Positions 29,594-38,489 of a DNA stretch of 64,000 bases are shown one piece after another. The stretch is from Candidatus Latescibacterota bacterium. GTDB lineage: Bacteria; Latescibacterota; UBA2968; GCA-2709665. Numbering within the stretch: the stretch's first letter is position 1; each line of letters starts with the position of its first letter. Location: contig CAXXXF010000013.1 of the NCBI GenBank assembly GCA_963667175.2, forward strand, positions 160,001 to 224,000, given 5' to 3'. Below the pieces are notes generated by a model that did no database searches, was not told the DNA's origin, and saw only the letters and a program-made list of their open reading frames with translations. Both the position numbers and the translations under genes were made by a program.

Positions 29594-30730
29594 ATGCCGG
29601 AACTGGAATTCGTTCCCGGCCTCAAGGGCGTGGTCGCGGCGCGGACGCGGCTGAGCAGGATCGACGGCGATGCGGGCGAGTTGATCCTTGGCGGGTTTCC
29701 GCTGGAATCGGTGGCGCGCAACGCGTCGTTTGAAGAGATGCTCTCCCTGTTGTGGCACGATCGGCTTCCGGATGCCGGTAAGTTGAACGAAGTCACGGAG
29801 GCGCTGGCAATACGGCGCGGGCTTCCTGAGGCGACCCACGCGGTACTCCGGGCAGCGGCAGCGAAGCGCGCGCCGGTGATCGATGCGCTCAGAATGGGCA
29901 CGGCCGCGTTGAGCCTCGGGGTCGATGAAGACTCGGACGCATGGATGGACGCGTTGACTGTCGTCGCCCGGTTCCCCACGCTGGTCGCGGCATATTGGAG
30001 GTTGCTGAACGACGAGGAACCGGTTGGGCCGCGTCACGATTTGGGTCATGCGGCGAACTATCTATACATGTTGAATGGCGAGGAGGCGAGCGCCGCCCGG
30101 GTCCGCGCGATCGAAACCTACCTGAATACCGTGATGGACCACGGGATGAATGCATCCACCTTTACGGCGCGGGTAATTATCTCCACGCGATCCGATATGG
30201 TCTCCGCGGTAACGGGCGCCATTGGCGCTTTGAAGGGACCGCTGCACGGCGGCGCGCCGGGACCGGCGCTGGATATGGTGTTCGAGATCGGGAGCGTGGA
30301 AAACGTGGAGCCGTATCTGCGTGCGAAACTGGATCGCGGGGAGCGGCTGATGGGGTTCGGCCACGCGGTCTACCGGGTGCGGGATCCGCGCGCGTCGGTG
30401 CTGGCGGCGGAGGCGGCGCGGTTCTTCAGCGAAGAAGGCGACCGGAAGGTGTACGATCTCGCCCTCGAGGTGGAACGTACCGCCGTGCGCCTGCTGGCCG
30501 AATTCAAACCGGGCCGGAATCTGGAGACGAACGTGGAGTTTTACACGGCGTTGCTGCTGCACGGTCTGGGCCTGCCGTCCGCGTTGTTCACGCCCACGTT
30601 TGCGGTGGGCCGCGTGGTTGGGTGGACGGCGCACGCACTCGAGCAGCGGGCGCAGGACCGGATCATCCGGCCGCGGGCGGAATACGTCGGCGCGACGGAC
30701 CGGCGCTGGAAGCCTCTCGGCGAGAGATGA
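29594..30730 (+). CDS. Citrate synthase / methylcitrate synthase
   Basis: PGLKGV, DHGMNASTF, GPLHGGA, MGFGH.VYR..DPR, NVEFY; AGGAGG RBS. Confidence 0.92.
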   Translation: MPELEFVPGLKGVVAARTRLSRIDGDAGELILGGFPLESVARNASFEEMLSLLWHDRLPDAGKLNEVTEALAIRRGLPEATHAVLRAAAAKRAPVIDALRMGTAALSLGVDEDSDAWMDALTVVARFPTLVAAYWRLLNDEEPVGPRHDLGHAANYLYMLNGEEASAARVRAIETYLNTVMDHGMNASTFTARVIISTRSDMVSAVTGAIGALKGPLHGGAPGPALDMVFEIGSVENVEPYLRAKLDRGERLMGFGHAVYRVRDPRASVLAAEAARFFSEEGDRKVYDLALEVERTAVRLLAEFKPGRNLETNVEFYTALLLHGLGLPSALFTPTFAVGRVVGWTAHALEQRAQDRIIRPRAEYVGATDRRWKPLGER

Positions 30731-30794
30731 CGTTGACGCAGGGCGGTTGAACTGCCTTGTGCAGTGAAACCGTCGCGCGGTTACCTGTTCGGAC

Positions 30795-30821
30795 GTACGG
30801 GCGACCCTTGTGGTCGCCCGT
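30795..30821. repeat. REP-like palindrome
   Basis: GTACGGGCGACC-CTTGT-GGTCGCCCGT intergenic hairpin with GTA head. Confidence 0.5.
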
Positions 30822-30955
30822 TGTCATAATGGTTTGCTGTCAGAAAGGAATTGATCGGCTGGATTGCCAAAGGTATCTTGTCGGCGGTGTCAGAAGCGAA
30901 TGGCGCCGCCGATTTTCAGTCTTTGCGTAGAGTACTTCCCGTACAAGAGGTGGGT

Positions 30956-32092
30956 ATGGACAGCGAAAGAGGGCGTCGGATATACGAAGATTTGGGCGTG
31001 AACCCCGTGATCAATGCGATGGGCAGCCAGACCGTTCTGGGCGGTTCACGGCTGTCTCCCGGGGTGCTGCGGGCCATGCAGGACGCGAACCGGTATTTTG
31101 TGGATATGAAGGAACTGCTGAAGCGCTCGGGGGAAGTGATCGCCGGGATGCTCGGGGCGGAGGCGGCGCTGGTGACGCCCGGGTGCGCCTCGGTGCTGTC
31201 GCTGGGGTCGGCCGCGTGCATGACGGGAAACGACCCTGGAAGGATGGAACGGCTGCCGGACACCGCGGGGATGCGCGACGAGTTTCTGATTCAGTCCCGG
31301 CAGCGTTACAAGTACGAACGCTGTGTGACGGTGTACGGCGGAAAACTGGTGGAGGTGGGCGCCGAGAGCGGCACGACCGCGAGCCAGTTGCGGGAGGCGA
31401 TGACCGGTCGAACGGCCGGCCTGCTCTACGTTGCGCCCGGGGGCGGGGATGGCGTCGTTCCGCTGGAAGACGCCCTGGGCGTCGCGAAGGAGTGCGGTGT
31501 ACCGGTGATCGTAGACGCGGCCTCCCAGATATTCCCGCTGGACGACATGTGCCGGTATCCGAGGATGGGCGCGGACGTGGTGGGGTACGGCGCCAAATAT
31601 TTCGGGTCGTGCAACTCCACGGGGATCATGTGCGGGCGGAAAGACCTGGTGGACGCGGCTTTCACGCAGGGCTTTATCGGATTCGAGACCGAGGAACGGC
31701 GCACGGTGGGACGCCCCATGAAGGTGGACCGCCAGGAGGTGATTGCCGTCACGGCCGCGCTGAAGGAGTGGTTCGAGATGGACCACGACGCGCGCTTTGC
31801 CGATCACCGGCGCAAGGCCGATGAACTTTCTCACGCCCTGGATGGCGTCGTTCACGTCGAAGTCAATCACGTCGACGAAAAGCGCGGGCTCGGAAGCGGG
31901 CTGCTGATCCGGTTCGACGAGAACGCCGTGGGCAAGACCCGGTCGCAGGTCCTGGCCGAACTGAAGGAGGGCCGCCCGAGTATCGTGCTGGGGGATTCCG
32001 CAAATGCGCTCCACGTGTCGGTGCCCACGTTGACGGACGAAGACCTGGGCGTCGTCGCCACGCGCCTGCGGGAGGTTCTGGGCGCGGCGTAA
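30956..32092 (+). CDS. SelA-like PLP-dependent enzyme (DgaE-type)
   Basis: GVNPVINAMG..T.LGGS, VIVDAA, YGAK, GRPMKV motifs; lacks the SelA N-terminal domain. Confidence 0.8.
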   Translation: MDSERGRRIYEDLGVNPVINAMGSQTVLGGSRLSPGVLRAMQDANRYFVDMKELLKRSGEVIAGMLGAEAALVTPGCASVLSLGSAACMTGNDPGRMERLPDTAGMRDEFLIQSRQRYKYERCVTVYGGKLVEVGAESGTTASQLREAMTGRTAGLLYVAPGGGDGVVPLEDALGVAKECGVPVIVDAASQIFPLDDMCRYPRMGADVVGYGAKYFGSCNSTGIMCGRKDLVDAAFTQGFIGFETEERRTVGRPMKVDRQEVIAVTAALKEWFEMDHDARFADHRRKADELSHALDGVVHVEVNHVDEKRGLGSGLLIRFDENAVGKTRSQVLAELKEGRPSIVLGDSANALHVSVPTLTDEDLGVVATRLREVLGAA

Positions 32093-32161
32093 GCGGCATG
32101 GGGGTGGCAACCGCGCCGGATGATCGGCGCCTGACTGTACGGCGACGTTACCACTTGGGGA

Positions 32162-32929
32162 ATGAGATTGAATTCAGCCGGGAAACAGTTCCATCGCCAG
32201 GCGGCGAAATACGCGGTGAGCGAAGCACATTCCTCCGGAGAAAGCCTGCGCATCCTCACGGAGTGGGCAGCCCTCGAACGCTACCCGCTGGGTCTGGATA
32301 TCGCCACCGGTCCCGGGTTTACGGCGTTTGCGGTTGCAGCGTTCTGCGATACGGTCGTCGCCTCGGACGTCGCCCCGGGGATGCTGGATCAGGCCCGAAG
32401 AATCGCGGCCGAACGCGGCATTGCAAACGTCCGGTTCGAGATCATCGACGCGGGAGATATTCCGTATCCGGACGCATCCATCGATCTGGTCACCTGCCGG
32501 ACCGCGCCCCACCATTTTCAGGACGTTCGGAAATTCCTCTCAGAAGTCCACCGGGTGTTGAGACCAGACAGCGTCTTTCTCCTGTGCGACACCACGACGT
32601 CGGACGACCCGGACGTCGCGGCGTGGCACCATCGCGTGGAGGTGGCTCGGGACCCCACGCATGCAACCGCGGCAACACCGTCCGAGTGGCGCCGATACGT
32701 GACGGAGACGGGTTTCGACGTCACGCATGACGCGGCCACACGGGTGGACATGACGCTTCGGGAGTGGATAGACAGGTCAGGGACGCCAGCAGCGGCCCGT
32801 GAGAGATTGCATCGGGAGTTCGCCGCCGCGCCGGAGAACGTCAAGAGCGAGTTTGGGATTTGCCGTTCGGGCGACGACGACTTCGCGTTTTACTGGCCGG
32901 TTTTCTGTTGTCGGGCGGTGAAGATCTGA
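32162..32929 (+). CDS. Class I SAM-dependent methyltransferase
   Basis: LDIATGPGFT, IDLVTCR.APHHF, HRVLRP, RDPTH. Confidence 0.88.
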   Translation: MRLNSAGKQFHRQAAKYAVSEAHSSGESLRILTEWAALERYPLGLDIATGPGFTAFAVAAFCDTVVASDVAPGMLDQARRIAAERGIANVRFEIIDAGDIPYPDASIDLVTCRTAPHHFQDVRKFLSEVHRVLRPDSVFLLCDTTTSDDPDVAAWHHRVEVARDPTHATAATPSEWRRYVTETGFDVTHDAATRVDMTLREWIDRSGTPAAARERLHREFAAAPENVKSEFGICRSGDDDFAFYWPVFCCRAVKI

Positions 32930-33002
32930 ACGGAGAGTCGGAAATCTCTGAAACCGCCCTATATCGATTTGCATCAACCATCGAAACCGGGAGATCGAAA
33001 CC

Positions 33003-33416
33003 ATGCCGTCGACAACCGTTCCGACATGCAAGCTGATTCGCTCGCAGAAACGCTACACCGGCAAGCAGGACTTTACGTATCTCGAGGGTGTCATGGCCGA
33101 GAACACCGGCTCGCGTGCCTTATGCATGCACCTGCTGTCGATTCCGCCCGGCGAACGCGCCCGGGCCCACCTGCATGAAGACCACGAGACCGCGGTCTAC
33201 GTCATCAGCGGCAGGTCCGGACTGTGGTACGGCGACAAACTCGAGGAGCACATGTGGGTCGACAGCGGCGATTTCGTCTACATCCCGCCAGGCATCCCCC
33301 ACCTTCCATATAATCCGAGCGAGACCGAAACCTGCACCGCCGTGATCGCCCGCACCGACCCCAACGAACAGGAAAGCGTCCGGCTGCTGCCGGAGCTGGA
33401 CGACATTCACGGCTGA
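33003..33416 (+). CDS. Cupin domain protein
   Basis: AHLHEDHETAVY and GDFVYIPPGIPH motifs. Confidence 0.88.
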   Translation: MPSTTVPTCKLIRSQKRYTGKQDFTYLEGVMAENTGSRALCMHLLSIPPGERARAHLHEDHETAVYVISGRSGLWYGDKLEEHMWVDSGDFVYIPPGIPHLPYNPSETETCTAVIARTDPNEQESVRLLPELDDIHG

Positions 33417-33477
33417 GGTGGCTTGCACCGTCGACGGAGACGCCAGGTGTGCCGACGAGGCTGCGAAGGATATCGAA

Positions 33478-34083
33478 TTACGACAATACACTTCGAATAT
33501 ACCCTAAGCCGTCGACGAATTTTGTCAGCAGTCGGCAATCGCGTTGAGTCAGTTCGGTTTCAATGTCCGGATTGGCGAAATCTCTGGAGTTTGTGGTTAT
33601 GAAACAGCGTGACTCGGGAGAACTCCTGTTCAGATGATCGACAACCGAAGCGTAAACGATCGAGTCTTGCGGAGAAAGGGTAAGCGTCCTTTGGAAATTT
33701 ATCGCCGCTCTGATAATATTCAATCCAGTCGGTATTACTTCAACGGTCCCCAGGATTTCTTCCAGGGTTTCATCCAACCGGCGCTTCTCCTCCTCACCAC
33801 TTCGGATCAACACGCCGGTGAGTTCGTCGAAATGTTTGGATGCATCCTCATAAGGACTTGAACGAGAAAGTTCCCGAATGGCTGTTGTAAGATCTTCGTG
33901 AATCCCGACTCTTCGCTTCGAGCGGCGAACCCACGTTTCGTAAGGTTCACCGATACTGAATGCGGGTAACACCATACGAATCTCCCCCGATTCCGATAGA
34001 CGCAAAAGTGCCGAGCAATGCTCATGCTCGGCTTGAAGAAATGCCAGTTCAAGTACGAAATTCGACTCCAGGTATACAATCAT
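33478..34083 (-). CDS. PIN domain protein
   Basis: MIVYLESNFVLE, LSPQDSIVYAS, FITTNSRDF. Confidence 0.8.
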   Translation of the reverse strand: MIVYLESNFVLELAFLQAEHEHCSALLRLSESGEIRMVLPAFSIGEPYETWVRRSKRRVGIHEDLTTAIRELSRSSPYEDASKHFDELTGVLIRSGEEEKRRLDETLEEILGTVEVIPTGLNIIRAAINFQRTLTLSPQDSIVYASVVDHLNRSSPESRCFITTNSRDFANPDIETELTQRDCRLLTKFVDGLGYIRSVLS

Positions 34084-34547
34084 GTCGTAGCTTCGAGTTC
34101 AAGGGAACCGTTTGTAACTGCTCTATATAATCCCGAGTCAAATATCCATTTGAGATTACCGTCAATCGAGTCAGGTCTCAGGTCCGCATGAAGTATATCT
34201 TCCAGCCACGACACCGTAAGCATTTCCAGCCCATATCGACTTAGTTCGATAAGGGATTGGTTGTATTTGAGATATGGTGCGAGTATGTCGCCAGCCTCGA
34301 TCTTATAGTCAGGTTTTGCCAGACGATCTGCTGTAGAAGACTCCGTCCAAAGGTATAGAAAGTCGGGGAGTACTAGCAGAAAGAAGGGCGCAGGAGGCAG
34401 AAACGAATGGGCCAGCAAGTTGCGACGCATCAGGGTGACCCACTCGGCAGATGCACCGGGTACGTTCTTAATTTCCAGGACGAGTTGGAGTGTTCCATCG
34501 GCGCCGGACACCGCTATGTCGACGTTTCTCACTGTACGGACCTCCAC
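34080..34547 (-). CDS. Hypothetical protein, possible PD-(D/E)xK fold
   Basis: VDIAV...LVLEIK pattern; ATGA-coupled to the PIN gene. Confidence 0.6.
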   Translation of the reverse strand: MEVRTVRNVDIAVSGADGTLQLVLEIKNVPGASAEWVTLMRRNLLAHSFLPPAPFFLLVLPDFLYLWTESSTADRLAKPDYKIEAGDILAPYLKYNQSLIELSRYGLEMLTVSWLEDILHADLRPDSIDGNLKWIFDSGLYRAVTNGSLELEATT

Positions 34548-34630
34548 GACGCGACTGGCTTCTAACGCGCGGAAAACTCACCCCGGGATTTGTGGAATAG
34601 ACAGGCGGCTGTGATCCTGGTCGTGCCTTG

Positions 34631-34659
34631 ATAATACCCATGCTGTTCTGTCGTGTCAA
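34631..34659 (-). promoter_or_regulatory. sigma70 promoter for the PIN operon
   Basis: TTGACA-17 nt-TATTAT on the minus strand. Confidence 0.7.
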
Positions 34660-34839
34660 GCGATTGCTGGAAGAAAAATCCTCTAAATTGCGTTCGTCCA
34701 TCGCTGGTTCTTCAGCAGCCTTCCCTTCTGGTAGTACAGCTCCGCCAGGGGCATTTCCTTTAGTGCTTCGTGCCCGAGCGCTTCCGCCCTGGTCAACCAC
34801 TTCGAAACCTTCCCTCAGTTCGATTTGTTATCGATTGAT

Positions 34840-34872
34840 GCGCCGGCGGCTTTTGTCGCCGGTGTTTTTTTT
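34840..34872 (+). terminator. Rho-independent terminator-like hairpin upstream of the peptide locus
   Basis: GCGCCGGCGGC-TTTT-GTCGCCGGTGT followed by a T run. Confidence 0.6.
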
Positions 34873-35048
34873 GCGGGAAGCAGAGGTTGCGGCAGGCTGA
34901 AGACCGTGCAAAGTGCAACATCGTTTCAGACGTGTGATGACGATTGGAACGGATCATTCAACGTTCCGCAGCGGGACGGCCGCCTGGCGAAGGGTTGAAG
35001 ATAAACTCGCATTTGCGGGCCAGCCAGTTACGCCGAGGGCATTGCGAA

Positions 35049-35063
35049 TGGCACGAGGATTGC
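35049..35063 (+). promoter_or_regulatory. sigma54 (-24/-12) promoter
   Basis: TGGCACGAGGATTGC matches TGGCAC-N5-TTGC, GG-N10-GC spacing. Confidence 0.7.
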
Positions 35064-35291
35064 GAGTCAACTGCATCGACGGCGTCACGAACGGCAGATG
35101 TTGCGTGACAGGGCAATTCCGTTGATTCGCAGCCGAAGCGGACCCCGCGGCAGGTACGCCGCGGTCGTCAGACGCCATTCGAAACGCTTCGGACATCCTG
35201 GCATTTCAGCGACGCGCAGCCGGCGCACTGATCTGCGACGTTGAAGATTGTTCCGGCATCGCTGAGATGTGAACGAAAGGAGGTGAGGGAC

Positions 35292-35483
35292 ATGAACAGA
35301 AGCATTGCATCGAGCCCTGCGGCGTCTCACGAAGTTCCGACCCGTCTGCCGGTTCAGACGGAAGACCTGACCGCCGGGCAAACCGCGCGGGTCTCGGGAG
35401 GAAGAATACGCTGGTGGAACATATTCGGAGAACTATTCGGCGCCGATCCGCCGGAGACGGGTGATTCCGGTTCGGTACTGTAG
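35292..35483 (+). CDS. Double-glycine leader precursor peptide 1 (63 aa)
   Basis: AAAGGAGGT RBS; leader ...DLTAGQTARVSGG | core RIRWWNIFGELFGADPPETGDSGSVL. Confidence 0.78.
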   Translation: MNRSIASSPAASHEVPTRLPVQTEDLTAGQTARVSGGRIRWWNIFGELFGADPPETGDSGSVL

Positions 35484-35554
35484 TGGTGAAGGAACTCGTG
35501 AATCAGGTCTGACTGAGAGGCATCGCAGAGACAATTCAGAAAGGAGTTGACGAA

Positions 35555-35743
35555 GTGACTGATCGAATCCGACCGCAGCCGGCACATGCCTTCTTGGCCT
35601 GTGGCCAACTTCCAGGGCGGGAAACCAACCTTGCACCGCCTGAGATGAGGAATGCATCTGGTGGAATTGGTATGCCACCCATTTTACCAGTAGCGATTGC
35701 CAGACTTATCGCCGAGGCAGTCGTAGATTATTTCGACGACTGA
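35555..35743 (+). CDS. Double-glycine leader precursor peptide 2 (62 aa)
   Basis: AAAGGAG RBS; leader ...NLAPPEMRNASGG | core IGMPPILPVAIARLIAEAVVDYFDD. Confidence 0.78.
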   Translation: MTDRIRPQPAHAFLACGQLPGRETNLAPPEMRNASGGIGMPPILPVAIARLIAEAVVDYFDD

Positions 35744-36170
35744 AATTGAGTGCGGGGCCTGTCAGGCGGAAAGTAATCCATCCTGCCGATATCGACTACT
35801 GATGTAGCGGGCTTCTCAGAAGACTCCGTGAAGCCAGCACGGAATCGTCCGCAATTCAACCCAACGGAGAATTGCCCAGGTTGCATTCAGAGTCGGTAGC
35901 CGGATCCTGCCGGGCCTTGCTGAAGCGATCGAGAAAGGCCGTGATAAAGTGACGGTCCATGTTACATTGGGGTCCAGTGGATTTTCGAAAGGCGGACGCC
36001 GATCTACCGCCAGGGCTATCGAATGAGCACTGAATTTGAAGTCCCACCCAAGAATGCAGCTCGATTCTCGAACCCAATGACCGTCCGGAAAAGACACCGT
36101 ATCCGTAACCCGAGATTCAGGCCATTTGGCTGCAAGACCGCAAATCCGATTAACTCTTCAGGAGGACATC

Positions 36171-36443
36171 ATGACACATGCATTGGCTTATCCGGCGGTG
36201 ACCGATGCTGGTCACAAGCTTGTAGCCTGCAACACACTGCAGCGACGGGAAGAATTGCTTGATAATGGACAGATGGGAGAAACTCAGGGTGGTGGTATCT
36301 TTATACCATTCCTCATCGTGGCCGCCAAAGCTGCAGCACCCTACGTAGCGACTGGTGTGACTGCTATCGTTGTTGGAGTGACAGTCGCTGAGTTAACGTC
36401 CAAAGACGACAACAAGTGCTGTAGCTGCAGCTGCAAAAAATGA
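36171..36443 (+). CDS. Double-glycine leader precursor peptide 3 (90 aa)
   Basis: AGGAGG RBS; leader ...LLDNGQMGETQGG | hydrophobic core ending KCCSCSCKK. Confidence 0.82.
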   Translation: MTHALAYPAVTDAGHKLVACNTLQRREELLDNGQMGETQGGGIFIPFLIVAAKAAAPYVATGVTAIVVGVTVAELTSKDDNKCCSCSCKK

Positions 36444-36542
36444 GAAGTAAGCACCAGTAGTTCTGAACATGGGATAGGGGCAACTCGCGAAACCTGCTCC
36501 TATCCCGAAAAAGTTCGGTTGATTCAACAGTGGAGGTCCAGA

Positions 36543-37436
36543 ATGAAGTACTCGGTACTCGGTGGGAGATGGAGACGTTTTTTTCTCACGGCTTTGTTAT
36601 ATGCGTTCTTTTCCGTTGCGCCGGCGATGCTTATTCTCAGATTCGTCTTTAATCTGGACAATTCAGTGCTGTTAGCAATTCTCGTTGGTCAAGCATTTAC
36701 GTTATTAATCCTCCAAAAGACATTCTCCGAGTACGCTGGTAGAATATTGACCTCCGTCTGCAAACTCTATTCACCGAATTTCGGCCAAAAAGAAACCGGT
36801 GAAGATCAAAAGGTCATGGAAGTGATCTACGACAAGGAAGATATCTACAATTTGTCCTTCTTGATGCTCTGGTTTTTGGGGATGACGATTTTCGTGTTGG
36901 GCGCCTTTCTTCCTTGGGAAATCGAGTTTCGATTTCCCGTCGACGATCTGTTGATTCTGTTGGGAAGTACTGTTGTTTTGTTCGTTATTCACGAAGCACT
37001 TCACGGTCTTGCAGCAATAACGTGGGGAAAGTTCCCGATTAAATCGCTGCACTTCGGATTCAACATGCGCTTGATCGTGTTTTACTGTCACGCGGACAGG
37101 CCCATGACGGTGAGCGCTTACCGGATGTTCGCGATCTTGCCGATGATCGTGACCACTCCGGTCGCTGGTCTGATAATATGGTGGGACCCGGCGATCTGGT
37201 CGCTATTATTCTTCAGCGTCGTATTCTGCGGATGTGCTGGAGATGTGCTCGTCGTTTTCGGAATTCGTGGAGTAGAGAATGACAAATGGATTCAGGATCA
37301 TCCGTCGGAAGTCGGATTCTACGTGTTGTCATCCAGAGAGACGCCGATAATACGCGATGATGAACCCTACGAACCAATGCGGAACGACCCGCATTCTTCA
37401 TCCCCAACTTCTAAACTTCTACGCATTCTGCGTTGA
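36543..37436 (+). CDS. DUF3267-like membrane zincin peptidase
   Basis: IHEALHG (HExxH), FYCH, GCAGD, IQDHP..VGF; multiple TM segments. Confidence 0.78.
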   Translation: MKYSVLGGRWRRFFLTALLYAFFSVAPAMLILRFVFNLDNSVLLAILVGQAFTLLILQKTFSEYAGRILTSVCKLYSPNFGQKETGEDQKVMEVIYDKEDIYNLSFLMLWFLGMTIFVLGAFLPWEIEFRFPVDDLLILLGSTVVLFVIHEALHGLAAITWGKFPIKSLHFGFNMRLIVFYCHADRPMTVSAYRMFAILPMIVTTPVAGLIIWWDPAIWSLLFFSVVFCGCAGDVLVVFGIRGVENDKWIQDHPSEVGFYVLSSRETPIIRDDEPYEPMRNDPHSSSPTSKLLRILR

Positions 37437-37464
37437 AGTCAAACTGTAAGGCTAAGGTATTCAG

Positions 37465-38307
37465 GTGGCGTACCCAAACCTGAAGCAGGCGATTTGGTTG
37501 CTTGCCTTATTTTTTATTTTTCAAGGGGTTTTAGCAGTGCCTGTAGGTATCGTCGACAGTTGCCTACTTGAAAACGAACTCCTGTGGGGAATTCTGTCGT
37601 TCGTGAGTCTCCTGGTCATTTTGGGTTACGTGACCAGCCGCACCGATCTGGACTGGAAATACCTGCGGCAGCTATTCAGCACAGGTTTCGATTGGCGGGT
37701 CTGGGCCTGCGTTGTAATTACGATCGTTGGCGTGCTTATATTTGACGTTGTTCTGATTGATGCATTGACTCGAATCGTTCCTTTGCCGGAGTGGCTGCAC
37801 GATACCTTTTCTCCGGAGATCGGACGCGAAACACCCATATGGTCAATCTTCGTCACCTCGGTCGTTATTGGGCCGTTTGTGGAAGAGTTGCTTGTCAGGG
37901 GTATTATCCTGAGCGGCCTGCTGGCACACTACACAAGGGCCTCTGCAATAGTGTGGTCGGCAGTTTTATTTGGTGTTTATCATATCCACCCCTGGCAAGT
38001 TGTGCTGTCCTTTTTTACCGGCCTGGTCTGGGCATGGTGGGTGGTCCGGACCGGGTCCTTGCTTCCCGCGTTATTCGGGCACGCACTGATCAACTTCGTC
38101 GCGGCCACGACTGGGCATCTCCTTAACTCATCGCACCCGGTTTCAGAAGACCTCGATAATGCGTCATTTCTTCCGTGGTGGTTAGGTGTAGCCGGGCTGG
38201 CGCTCGCTACGCTTGGACTGTGGTGGTTTTCCCGGGTTGCAGTACCCGTTCAACACGATTCCGGGGGTGAGACGCTGCATGAAGACGTCGGTACGGATGC
38301 AGGATAG
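37465..38307 (+). CDS. CPBP (CAAX/Abi) intramembrane metalloprotease 1
   Basis: GPFVEELLVRG, FGVYH, RTGSL, HALIN. Confidence 0.9.
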   Translation: MAYPNLKQAIWLLALFFIFQGVLAVPVGIVDSCLLENELLWGILSFVSLLVILGYVTSRTDLDWKYLRQLFSTGFDWRVWACVVITIVGVLIFDVVLIDALTRIVPLPEWLHDTFSPEIGRETPIWSIFVTSVVIGPFVEELLVRGIILSGLLAHYTRASAIVWSAVLFGVYHIHPWQVVLSFFTGLVWAWWVVRTGSLLPALFGHALINFVAATTGHLLNSSHPVSEDLDNASFLPWWLGVAGLALATLGLWWFSRVAVPVQHDSGGETLHEDVGTDAG

Positions 38308-38489
38308 CGACTGATGGGCCATGTCCGGCACTGAACGTAGCGGCGTCGATTGCGGGTCCATTGCTACGGCTGAAAACGGTGGATCACGAGCGCCTACATA
38401 CTATATATAGTAAATACAGAATCGGAAAACAACGTGCGGTAGCCCGTCGGACATTGGTTAAGATCCAGACAATCGAATAAACCTCCAGT

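Noticed and set aside
30956-32092. True selenocysteine synthase selA, given selD in the same window
   Set aside because: Shorter than SelA and lacks the tRNA-binding N-terminal domain; fits the SelA-like/DgaE group.
34683-34814. GGA-rich minus-strand stretch as a CsrB/Rsm-like sRNA
   Set aside because: No terminator on that strand. One frame reads as a TPR-like fragment (AELYYQKGRLL) without a start, so a gene remnant is more likely; too weak to annotate.
35760-36170. Possible fourth precursor between precursors 2 and 3 (frames containing SVAGS or SKGG)
   Set aside because: No convincing start codon with RBS in those frames and no L(-12) leader match; at most a decayed remnant.
36471-36506. 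Hairpin after precursor 3 as an intrinsic terminator
   Set aside because: The stem GGGATAGGGGCA/TGCTCCTATCCC has no following U-tract on either strand; it may be an mRNA-stabilising structure.
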